Source of the DNA: Methanomassiliicoccales archaeon
GTDB lineage: Archaea; Thermoplasmatota; Thermoplasmata; Methanomassiliicoccales; JACIVX01
Direction: 5' to 3'
Assembly (NCBI GenBank): GCA_050010535.1
Contig: JBEKKT010000019.1
Span: forward strand, 4,133 to 68,132
DNA length: 64,000 bases
Made by a program: the position numbers and the translations under genes. Within the stretch, counting starts at the first letter, position 1; each line of letters begins with the position of its first letter. Below, piece by piece: positions 20,579-29,224 of the stretch. The notes below the pieces were generated by a model. It was not told the origin of the DNA. It saw only the letters and a list, made by a program, of their open reading frames with translations, and did not search any database.

Positions 20579-20854
20579 CTACTTCAGGTCCTTCTCGAGT
20601 TTCTCCCTCGTTTCCTTGAACTCCCCGGCTAGAGTTTTCGAAGCTCGCTTTAGTGCTATCTGAGGCTTTCCGGTTTTCACCCGGACGGAAAGGGTTGGGA
20701 ATTCGAGGTCGGGATGTGCGGCAGTATACTTGACATCGGACACCGCTTCGTCTTCAAGGAGCTCGGTGACCAACGGTGAGATCAGAGTCATGTCTGCGTC
20801 CTTGATCATGATTTTGATAGAATCCTTGTCCTTCTCGATGAGTTCAAGCTGCAT
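20579..20854 (-). CDS. rpoL: DNA-directed RNA polymerase subunit L (Rpo11)
   Basis: MQLELIEKDKDSIKIMIKDADMTLISPLVTELLEDEAV...HPDLEFPTLSVRVKTG is the typical RpoL pattern. The alternative upstream ATG at 20875 adds 7 aa. Confidence 0.85.
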   Translation of the reverse strand: MQLELIEKDKDSIKIMIKDADMTLISPLVTELLEDEAVSDVKYTAAHPDLEFPTLSVRVKTGKPQIALKRASKTLAGEFKETREKLEKDLK

Positions 20855-20901
20855 GGCGGGTCCTATCTGAATCATGACTATAAATCTTTTGATGGAGCCC
20901 C

Positions 20902-22662
20902 TTAGTTCTCCACATGCTTCAACTGGCCCTTATACATCGATTCGAGTTCGGTGCTCGTCGTTGCCTCTCGGGGACTCTTGTCGTCCCGGAATCTGCCTGT
21001 GAACCTTGGGAAACGTATCGCCAGGCCCGCATCCTTCCTTATCTTGGAGTACGCGCAGGTGTGAGTAGGACTGATGGTTATCTCCGCCCCCAGTACCTCG
21101 AGCACCATGAATGGTTCGAACCAGAAGTCCGAGTCCAGCTTTGAGGATACCAGGGGATGCTTGTCCTCAAGGCGGTATTTTTCCAGCTTCGCAGGAAGAG
21201 AGGCAAGTGTCTGGTCGTCGAATCCGCTGCCAAGCTTGCAGACGGTCTCGAATCTGTCTTCCTGCTCGCTGTACGTCGCCATCAGCAGCGCTCCGTAGAC
21301 ACCCTTCCTCCTGCCCCTTCCCGCGAAAGCTCCGACCACGACAAGATCGACGGTGTCCGTCATCTCGGATTTGTATTCCTTCTTGTACTTTATCCAGAGG
21401 AAACCCCTCGCGCCCGCCCTGTACACCGAGCTTTCGTCGACGGACTTCGCCATAAGTCCCTCGCATCCATCTCTGAGTGCTTCCTGGAAGAAGGCTTCGA
21501 CTTTCTCGACGTTGTCCAATATCCTCATCTCTGAGGTGCTGACCTCTTCCGTCGTCTCCACGCAGCTCTCAAGCGCCCTTCTCCTCTCGAGGAGTGGCAA
21601 ATTCGTAAGATCCTTCCCATCCAGATAAAGACAGTCGAATAAGAAGATCCTAACAGGGTAGTCCTCCACCGCGCCGCTGATGTCATGCTTGCGCCCCCTT
21701 CTGTGGGAGACCTCCTGGAAGGGCAGCATTTCTCCGGTGTTGATATCAACCGGAACGCACTCCCCCTCCAATATGGCGCTCTTCGATTTGAACGTCTTCT
21801 TCAGGGCGCTCACGACGTCTGGGAACTGCGAAGTCAGGTCCTCTAGTCTCCTGGAGAAGAGCCTGACTTCCTTCCCGTTTATGTGCGTCTGCACCCTGAC
21901 GCCGTCGTACTTGTACTCGAAGGCGGCCCGTCCTCCCATGCATTCAAGGATCTCCGTAGGAGAAGGGAGCCGTTCGGCCAGCATCGCCCTCACCGGGTTC
22001 CCCACTTCAATCCTCATCGCTCTGACCCCTTCTATCCCTTCCTTGCAGAGAACCTCGCCGACCTTCCCAAGGTCGGAGGAAACGCTGAACGCTCTCTCCA
22101 CAACGTCCCTCTCCTCCTTTGTCGCGAATGCTTGAGAAAGAGCGTCAATCACGGTCATGTCCGCGACGCCCAGTCTCATCCTTCCCGTGACTATCCTGGC
22201 GATGTACTTCGCCTCCGCCGGTGTGGCGTCGTGCAGGATGTCGGCCAGCATTTTCATCTTCTGATCCTGCGATCCGCTTCCCTCCGCCTCGGCGATGCGC
22301 TGGAGCGCCCCGTACACCCTGTCGAGAGTAAGCTGCTCTGAGAAAAGGGTCCTCTGCTTCTTCACCTCGAAGACTTTCTCCGCCACGATCCCCGGATCGC
22401 CCTCCTTTAGCCAGAGATTCTGAATGTCCTCCCCTCTCGTTCCGGAGGTGAAAGCGATCGTTCTCTGGAGCAGCTTGTCCGCAAGCCCCAGTTTCTGTGG
22501 GTAGAAATCGGGATAGAGCTGACCTTGGGTGAGATATACAATCTTCCCGAGCGAAGAGCAGTCAGCGGCGCGGAAGAAATCGGCAAGTATCTCGGTCATC
22601 TCCAGACGACCGGATGTCGATTCCAGTGCTTCGTATACTCTTACCAGCTCTTGGTAGAGCAT
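20902..22662 (-). CDS. lig: ATP-dependent DNA ligase
   Basis: 586 aa. KYDGVRVQ (KxDG adenylation motif), EGLMAK and LWIKYKKEY motifs. Confidence 0.93.
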   Translation of the reverse strand: MLYQELVRVYEALESTSGRLEMTEILADFFRAADCSSLGKIVYLTQGQLYPDFYPQKLGLADKLLQRTIAFTSGTRGEDIQNLWLKEGDPGIVAEKVFEVKKQRTLFSEQLTLDRVYGALQRIAEAEGSGSQDQKMKMLADILHDATPAEAKYIARIVTGRMRLGVADMTVIDALSQAFATKEERDVVERAFSVSSDLGKVGEVLCKEGIEGVRAMRIEVGNPVRAMLAERLPSPTEILECMGGRAAFEYKYDGVRVQTHINGKEVRLFSRRLEDLTSQFPDVVSALKKTFKSKSAILEGECVPVDINTGEMLPFQEVSHRRGRKHDISGAVEDYPVRIFLFDCLYLDGKDLTNLPLLERRRALESCVETTEEVSTSEMRILDNVEKVEAFFQEALRDGCEGLMAKSVDESSVYRAGARGFLWIKYKKEYKSEMTDTVDLVVVGAFAGRGRRKGVYGALLMATYSEQEDRFETVCKLGSGFDDQTLASLPAKLEKYRLEDKHPLVSSKLDSDFWFEPFMVLEVLGAEITISPTHTCAYSKIRKDAGLAIRFPRFTGRFRDDKSPREATTSTELESMYKGQLKHVEN

Positions 22663-22755
22663 GAGGTATCAAACGGATTTTGGGTATTTAATCCATGAAG
22701 ACAATGCCGCGCAATCTCGAAGCATTCCAATCATCCAAATCTATATGGGGACCGG

Positions 22756-24345
22756 CTAGAAATCGAAGATGCTCTTCTGGCCAGCTGTCTGGTCCTTCTT
22801 CTCTTCGATAGCTTCAGGCGCCTTTTTCTCCTCAGTTTTCCTGCTCATCCTGTACAATCGCCGGCGCATTGCGGTCTCCTTCTTCTGGCTGGAGAAGAGG
22901 TACGCCTCGTCCATCGTGCCCCTCGTGACCAGGATTACGACCCTTCCGGGACTTCTCCTACCGGTCCTCCCCCTTCTCTGGATCGTCCTTATCTCGGACG
23001 GGACGGGCTCGTAGAAGACCACAAGGTCTGTGCTTGCGACGTCCAGCCCCTCCTCCCCGACCGAGGTCGCCACGAGGACATTATACTCACCGCGACGGAA
23101 CTTCTCGAGCACGCTGACCTGCTCCTTCTGCTTCAAGCCCTTCTCGCTCCCTCTCTCGGCCTGTCCGATCAACTTGGCGACCTTGGCCCCCTCGATTCTC
23201 GAGAGCTTGCTGGCTACGAGCTCGCACGTGTCCCGATAGTGTGTGAATACCAATGTCCTTGAGTTCGGGTGCGCTATTATCTGGTTGCTAACGATGCTCA
23301 TCACCCTCGACAGCTTCGGGTGCTCCATGGTCATGCTGCTGAGAATCGAGGTCAGTTTCTCGAATTCGGGCGACCGCACTATTGCCCTCGATGCCTTCGA
23401 TCCCTCCTCTGATGTCGCCTCTAGCCGCATCCTTTCCAAGTAGCTCTTCAGAGCGCTCGTCCCTTGGGTTTCCGCGAGTTCGAGCGCGTGACCGATTTTC
23501 ATCGCCATCGCATGGACGCTCAGCGCTCGATACAGCTGCTTTCTTCTTTCTCCGGAGTTGAGCTTCGCTTCGATCTTGCTCCTGACCTCCAGCAGGTGTT
23601 TCTTCGTCGGGGGTCTTTTCCCATCCATCACCCCCAGATTGACGAGTTCTTTGATGTAGGAATCGTTGAGGGACCTGAGGATTGCCACGACTTTCCGCAT
23701 CTGGTCAGGGACATCAACCTCCACCCACTGCATGTTGACGTCCTGAACGTACCTCGCCACGTCTCGATCGCTTTCAGATCTGATCTCGATCTTCTCGATC
23801 CCCAGGTTCTTTCGGACCTCCTCGATCCTCACGCCGCTGCTCCCTGGCGAGGCGGTCATCCCCATGACGAGGCCATCGTATGCCTTGTACTCGTCTCCGA
23901 TAGTCACGTATGCGTAGTTCCCGACAGCCCTGTGCGCCTCGTCGAATATAATCAGCCTAACATCCCTCAATGATATCCGCTCGCGCCTGAGGTCGTTGTC
24001 GATGACCTGCGGCGTCGAAACGATGACATCGTTCTCGATCCATTCCACCTCCCTCTCCATCGGATCCACCTCGCCTGTGAGGGCGGCGACTTTCTTTCCG
24101 ATCAAGTGCTCTCTCACGAACCCAGCATGCTGTTCGACCAACGGCTTCGTCGGAGCGAGAAACAACACCTTGCCCTTCCTTGAATTCAACACCTCAGCCA
24201 TGACAATGAGGGCGACGACCGTCTTTCCCATGCCGGTTGGAAGAACGATGAGCGTTGAGGAGTCCAGACAGGACTCCGCCAACGCAATTTGATACTCCCT
24301 CTCCTCGATGCTATTCTCTTTGATGAGGGGATGCTTCACGAACAC
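22756..24345 (-). CDS. hef: Hef/FANCM-type (ERCC4-related) SF2 helicase. Helicase portion only, with no nuclease domain.
   Basis: REYQIALAESCL..LIVLPTGMGKT (motif I), IFDEAH (DEAH), TASPG and VATSVGEEGLD...QRRGRTGR motifs. 529 aa. Confidence 0.8.
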   Translation of the reverse strand: MFVKHPLIKENSIEEREYQIALAESCLDSSTLIVLPTGMGKTVVALIVMAEVLNSRKGKVLFLAPTKPLVEQHAGFVREHLIGKKVAALTGEVDPMEREVEWIENDVIVSTPQVIDNDLRRERISLRDVRLIIFDEAHRAVGNYAYVTIGDEYKAYDGLVMGMTASPGSSGVRIEEVRKNLGIEKIEIRSESDRDVARYVQDVNMQWVEVDVPDQMRKVVAILRSLNDSYIKELVNLGVMDGKRPPTKKHLLEVRSKIEAKLNSGERRKQLYRALSVHAMAMKIGHALELAETQGTSALKSYLERMRLEATSEEGSKASRAIVRSPEFEKLTSILSSMTMEHPKLSRVMSIVSNQIIAHPNSRTLVFTHYRDTCELVASKLSRIEGAKVAKLIGQAERGSEKGLKQKEQVSVLEKFRRGEYNVLVATSVGEEGLDVASTDLVVFYEPVPSEIRTIQRRGRTGRRSPGRVVILVTRGTMDEAYLFSSQKKETAMRRRLYRMSRKTEEKKAPEAIEEKKDQTAGQKSIFDF

Positions 24346-24403
24346 GCCAACACATAATCAAGACTCTAGAAAAGGGTTTTGGGGAGGGGTTCGAACAGAA
24401 TGA

Positions 24404-24724
24404 TCAGTGGCAACCGCTGCCGCACGACCCGCATCCGGAGAAGTTGGGGTTCTGGATGATCAATCCTGATCCCTGCGGGGTCTCGACATATTCTATTGTG
24501 CACCCTTCGAGGAACTCCTGGGCCTCATCATCGTAATAGAAGGAGAATCCGTCGACTTTTTGCTCGAGGTCACCCTCTTTCTTCTTCTCCTGGAAGGCCA
24601 TGCCGAATTGCGGGCCTGAACAGCCAACTCCAGCGACGTATATCCTGACTCCAAATCCTTGTTTCTGGTTCTTGGCGAGAAGGTCGTTGATGAACTTCTT
24701 CGCCTCCGCGCTTGCTTCTACCAT
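24404..24724 (-). CDS. Iron-sulfur cluster insertion/assembly protein (IscA/ErpA/HesB family)
   Basis: GFGVRIYVAGVGCSGPQFGMAF and a C-terminal CGSCGSGCH. Start trimmed to MVEASAEAKK. Confidence 0.85.
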   Translation of the reverse strand: MVEASAEAKKFINDLLAKNQKQGFGVRIYVAGVGCSGPQFGMAFQEKKKEGDLEQKVDGFSFYYDDEAQEFLEGCTIEYVETPQGSGLIIQNPNFSGCGSCGSGCH

Positions 24725-24891
24725 GAGTACCGCACCTTTCACGCTGAACACGTTGAGCCATTATTTAAATTCTTTCCCTCATCATTCAGTCACTGAGATG
24801 CTGGCCGTCTCTGACGGATTCGCTCGATGTAACTTTATCCATCGCGTCCGGAAGGGTTTAAATCGGCGGACGATTTACTCAGACGGCGGAA

Positions 24892-25401
24892 ATGATGCAC
24901 GGCCAACGATTTGAGGCAAGATTTCGTCAGATGACCAGGAGAGACATACCCGCTCTCGTAAGGATGAGCAGGGAGAACATGGCCCATATCGTTCTTTCAT
25001 CGTGGGGGACCGAGTGGAGAGACGACACTCTCGTCCGGGCCGTTACAGATCCCGATACTGTCACTGAGATTGCCACGCACGATGAGAGGATCGTCGGGTA
25101 CTACACCTTTTTCAAGCGGATCGACAGCGTTTTCATCGTCTCGATACAGATCCTGCGTCAGTACCAGCAAAGAGGGCTCGGTAGTCTGATGATGGCACGT
25201 ATTGAGGAGTGGGGAAGGAGGAATGGCCTCGATGCGGTGGAATTGTGGGTCCAGAGCACAAACGAGTCCGCCATCAGTTTCTACGAGCACGTTGGATACA
25301 GAGTTGCCGGTAAGCAGGGCAACAATTATTTGATGAGTAAGGTTATCAAGGAGAAGCCGGAGGCCAGTGTGAGAGGGTGCCATGTCGGAACATCTGCTTG
25401 A
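24892..25401 (+). CDS. GNAT-family N-acetyltransferase
   Basis: VSIQILRQYQQRGLGSLMM (Q/RxxGxG/A acetyl-CoA motif) and ...AISFYEHVGY. 169 aa. Confidence 0.8.
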   Translation: MMHGQRFEARFRQMTRRDIPALVRMSRENMAHIVLSSWGTEWRDDTLVRAVTDPDTVTEIATHDERIVGYYTFFKRIDSVFIVSIQILRQYQQRGLGSLMMARIEEWGRRNGLDAVELWVQSTNESAISFYEHVGYRVAGKQGNNYLMSKVIKEKPEASVRGCHVGTSA

Positions 25402-26242
25402 GATGGCGAAAGCACTGGTCCTGGTGAAGGATGGCAAGATAACCGTTCTGAGCGATCCGAAGATCATGCGCTGTCCTCTCCGAAGCAATCTATACGGTTG
25501 CGATGAGGAGAACAGGCAGACAGTCGAGACGACTCTCAAGAAGCACATGGCGGAGTATGGGATGTATGGGCCGAACCGAGTTCTCGAGGCCAACGAGAAG
25601 CCCGTGTCCTTTGGCGCGTCGGAGATCATCATGGACGCCATGACTGAAGGTATGGTAGACGCCGCGGTCGTCGTCTGCGATGGTGCTGGGACTGTGATCA
25701 TCACACGTCCCGAAGTGCTTCAGGCGACGGGAGCGCACATGACAGGGCTTATCAGGACCGACCCGATCCCTGAGACGCAGGAAGGCCTCAGACAGAGGGG
25801 ATGTTTTCTCCTAGACGATGTCTGCACGATAGACCAGGTCAAGGGATACCTCAAGGCGACGAAATCGGGGTTCAAACGGGTCGCCGTCACGATAAGTGGA
25901 TTGAGGGCCTTCGAGGCGAGGACCCTAAAGGAGATGGGGCATGTCTCTGGCTGCCCTCCGGTGATCTTGGCCGTCCACAACAGCGGCGTCACGAAGGAGG
26001 ACGCAGAGATGCTCGGAGAATCCTGTGACATCGTGTGGGCGTGCGCGTCGAAGGAAGTCAGGGATGTCGTGGGAAAGCGCGCGAAAATTCAGATAGGGAT
26101 ATCGATACCAGTGTTCGCCTTGAGCGATATGGGAAAGAAGCTGGTCCTTAACCGGGCGAGTCACTTTGACGATGGGATCGTCATTCACAGGGCAAGCCTG
26201 CCAATGACCCCTTCTGGGAAGCAGCCTGAGCCGCTTATCTGA
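25382..26242 (+). CDS. DUF2099 family protein (methanogenesis-marker-8-like)
   Basis: The pattern ...ITVLSDPKIMRCPL...FGASEIIMDAM..GMVDAAVVVCDGAGTVII..PEVLQ..G..MTGLIRTDPIPE matches my recollection of DUF2099/MMP8. Overlaps the GNAT gene by 20 nt. Confidence 0.55.
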   Translation: MSEHLLEMAKALVLVKDGKITVLSDPKIMRCPLRSNLYGCDEENRQTVETTLKKHMAEYGMYGPNRVLEANEKPVSFGASEIIMDAMTEGMVDAAVVVCDGAGTVIITRPEVLQATGAHMTGLIRTDPIPETQEGLRQRGCFLLDDVCTIDQVKGYLKATKSGFKRVAVTISGLRAFEARTLKEMGHVSGCPPVILAVHNSGVTKEDAEMLGESCDIVWACASKEVRDVVGKRAKIQIGISIPVFALSDMGKKLVLNRASHFDDGIVIHRASLPMTPSGKQPEPLI

Positions 26243-26363
26243 GAACGTTTCTCTCAGGCATTCCCCATATGATTGAGGCAGGCCAACATTCGACTGAACA
26301 GTGAGAACGATTTTTGGCAATCCGTAAGTATAATGACAGTCTCTATACTTCCCTTCAGATACA

Positions 26364-27641
26364 ATGAAAGTGGAATTGATCTACGGTTCTCGGGAGATCG
26401 ATGTTGATATCCCGGACAGGAACGTGCTATGGGAGCTATGGCCCAATGATCTGCCCGCTGTCGAAGACGAGGAGAACGCGATAAGGGACGCGATAATGAA
26501 CCCGCTAGGGAGCGAGCGCCTGGAGAGACTCGTGAAGTCAGGAATGAAGGTTGTCATCATCGCGGACGACCTTACTCGCCCCACTCCGAAGAAGCGGATT
26601 CTGCCCATATTGCTCAATGAGCTCAAGAAGGCCGGCGTAGCGGACAAAGACATCATGATACTGATTGCCCTCGGCACTCACAGATACATGACCGATGATG
26701 AGATACTTAGGGCGTTCGGTAAGGACGTTATCTCGCGGATCAGGATCGTGAACCACGAATGGATGAACCCAGCAAGACTCATCTCTCTCGGGAAAACGGA
26801 GAACGGTACCCCAATCACTGTAAACAAGATTGCATATAATGCCGATTTCTTGATAGGTCTTGGCAGCATAGTGCCGCACTGCTGGGCGGGGTTCTCAGGC
26901 GGAGCGAAAATTATCCAGCCGGGGATCTCAGGACCGGATACGACCGCCGCCACGCATCACTTGATCTTCGACGACGACAGCAAGGTGCTGTCCTTCGCAG
27001 GGATGGCCCGAAACAAGGTCATGAGCGAGATGCGAGTCGTTGCTCGACAGGCGGGTCTGGACTTCATCGTGAACGTCGTGGTGAACTCCAAGAAAGAGGT
27101 CGTAAAGGTTGTCGCGGGGGATCTCGAGAAGGCTCACAACGCTGGTATCGATGCGGCCAGGGAGAATTTCGTGCGGGAGATACCGCAGAGGGCGGACATT
27201 GTAGTCGAGGAGGCGTACCCAGCGGACTTCGACATGTGGCAGGCGACGAAGCCATTGTCGTATTCGAGGAGAGCGGTCAAGGATGGGGGAACTGTGATAT
27301 TTCTGACCGCCGCTCCTGACGGAATATGCGCAAGCCATCCGTTCCTCGCCGAACACGGACGTTGCTCATACTCCGAGCTCAGAAACATGATGATCTGCGA
27401 CGAGGTTGTCGACAGGGTGGCAGGATCGTTGCTAATGCTGATCAAGAAGGGTGTGGAAGGTGTGAACGTAATCGCGGTCTCCCCCGGGTTGACGCGCGAA
27501 ATGAAGAGGCAGATGGCGATGGAGCACGCAGATACGATGGGAGAAGCCTTGAGAATGGCATTCGCGAGACACGGGAAAGACGCGACCGTGGGGATCGTCC
27601 ATCACGGGGGAGACGTGCTTCCAGTGCTCAGGAAGACGTGA
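26364..27641 (+). CDS. LarA-like nickel-pincer-dependent 2-hydroxyacid racemase/epimerase family protein (DUF2088)
   Basis: 425 aa. IIADDLTRPTP, ILIALGTHR and HCWAGFSGGAKIIQPG motifs are typical of LarA homologues. Confidence 0.8.
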   Translation: MKVELIYGSREIDVDIPDRNVLWELWPNDLPAVEDEENAIRDAIMNPLGSERLERLVKSGMKVVIIADDLTRPTPKKRILPILLNELKKAGVADKDIMILIALGTHRYMTDDEILRAFGKDVISRIRIVNHEWMNPARLISLGKTENGTPITVNKIAYNADFLIGLGSIVPHCWAGFSGGAKIIQPGISGPDTTAATHHLIFDDDSKVLSFAGMARNKVMSEMRVVARQAGLDFIVNVVVNSKKEVVKVVAGDLEKAHNAGIDAARENFVREIPQRADIVVEEAYPADFDMWQATKPLSYSRRAVKDGGTVIFLTAAPDGICASHPFLAEHGRCSYSELRNMMICDEVVDRVAGSLLMLIKKGVEGVNVIAVSPGLTREMKRQMAMEHADTMGEALRMAFARHGKDATVGIVHHGGDVLPVLRKT

Positions 27642-27704
27642 GTATATGGAAGGGTTGTTTATGCCTTATTTCCATTTCGTGCACGCCACGGGAAGGGGGT
27701 TTGC

Positions 27705-28010
27705 ATGAAGGCAAAAGCCATCAGAATGAATGACAAAGATAACGTAGCTACTGCGATCAGTGACCTGGCATCCGGCGAGAAGGTCGTTGTCAGGAACGGG
27801 AAGGAGATGAATGTCACCGTCCGGGCTGACATTCAATTTGGCCACAAATTCGCATTGGTGGCGATAGGCAAGGGCGATGATGTCGTGAAGTACGGGGAGA
27901 TCATCGGGAGAGCGACCGCGGACATAGCGAAAGGAGAACACGTTCACGTTCACAACATTGAGAGCTTGAGGGGCCGCGGGGACATTCACGATTTCAGCGC
28001 CAAGAAGTAA
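27705..28010 (+). CDS. UxaA-family (altronate/galactarate dehydratase) small subunit, SAF domain
   Basis: 101 aa. DNVATAISDL..GE...IQFGHKFALV.I.KGDDVVKYGEIIGRAT.DI.KGEHVHVHN pattern. Confidence 0.8.
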   Translation: MKAKAIRMNDKDNVATAISDLASGEKVVVRNGKEMNVTVRADIQFGHKFALVAIGKGDDVVKYGEIIGRATADIAKGEHVHVHNIESLRGRGDIHDFSAKK

Positions 28011-28039
28011 GATCTCCAGAATGCCAGAAGGTGTTTTGC

Positions 28040-29141
28040 ATGTCTTATTTCTTCCTCTGATATGAAAGGGACTATGGGGTCGAAACGAGGAATCACGGCG
28101 CCATCCTCTCCTCGATCGTGTGCGCTGATGAGGCGGCTAGGAAGATCGAAGAGCGCGTCGAGAACACCCGGGCGTTCTTGCACCATGAGGGTTGCATCCA
28201 GATGGGAAAGGATTTGGAGCAGAGCCACTTGTCGGGTTCGGATCCAATTCCAACTGCCATTCGGTCCTTGTCGTGAGCCTCGGGTGTGAGGCGATCAATG
28301 CTCAGAGGCTGGCCGACGAAATAGCGAGAAGCGGGAAGCACGCGGAACTGATTACTATTCAGAGGTCTGGGGGACGCTGAAAGCTATAGACAAAGGCGTT
28401 CAGATTGCCAGGGTCATGGTTCATGAAGTATCCTCCCAGCATAGAAAGGAGTTCGGCATCTCCGAACTTACGATTGGCATCAAGTACGGGGCGTACGACA
28501 CGACGTCGGGCCTAGCCTCCAATCCGACCGTGGGGGTATGCGGCAGACTTCATAGTCGAGAACGGGGCCGAGCACATTCTTGCTAGAAGGGCGATAAACA
28601 AGGAGTTCGCCAGCAGGGTGTACGAGATCGTGAACAGGATGGAAAATGAGAGGAACGGCGTCGACATCCGCGACTCGGAGCCGACGCCAGACTACACACG
28701 GGGCGCGCTGTCGAGCATCGAGGGGAAGTCCCTGGGCGTAACATTGAAAGCCGGTACCTCGCCGCTCAGAGAGGTGATCGAGTGGCCGAGAGGCCGAACC
28801 ACAAGAGCCTGGTATTCATGGATTCTCACGGAAGGGAGGTCGAGGTCGTCTCGGGATTCATGGCGAGCGGGGCTCAGGTCGTCGTCTTTTCGACCGGTCT
28901 TGGCGCGCCATTCGGGCTTCCCGTCGTGCCAGTGATGAAGGTGACTGGAAATCCCGATACCGCCTGGGAGCTCGAGACGACATCGACGTCTCCGGTATCA
29001 TTACTGAGCGAGAAACCATTACTAAGTCGGGGCAAGAAGATCCACGAAGAGATACTCAAGGTGGTCTCCGGGAAGGAGGTCAAATCGGAGACCTCGGGCT
29101 ACCGCTTTGTCGACATATGGCGCATCGGTCCGACGCTCTAG
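28040..29141 (+). pseudogene. UxaA-family dehydratase large subunit, heavily degraded (1 nonsense codon plus about 6 frameshifts)
   Basis: Homologous segments are spread over all three frames. MSYFFL, then TGA (28058-28060), then YERDYGVETRNHGAILSSIVCADEAA...HHEGCIQMGKDLEQS. Shift near 28230 to VGFGSNSNCHSVLVVSLGCEAINA...IQRSGG. Shift at the G5 run 28369-28373 to TLKAIDKGVQ...GIKYGAYDTTSGLASNPTVG. Shift at the G5 run 28532-28536 to YAADFIVENGAEHILARRA...LREVIEW. Shift near 28790 to AERPNHKSLVFMDSHG...KVTGNP. A short out-of-frame patch DDIDVSGIITERETITKSG (~28975-29031) then returns to KKIHEEILKVVSGKEVKSE...GPTL and the stop. Confidence 0.85.
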
Positions 29142-29224
29142 GACAATTGCACATCGTCCGATTAGGGTCTCGGGCTTCCGAGCAAATCGTTATTTGAGAC
29201 TCACTTCATAACCTCAGTTCATTT

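Noticed and set aside
24997-25704. 235-aa minus-strand ORF across the GNAT/DUF2099 junction
   Set aside because: It is antisense to two genes with clear family motifs and has a Ser/Thr/Pro-rich, low-complexity translation typical of antisense frames in GC-rich DNA.
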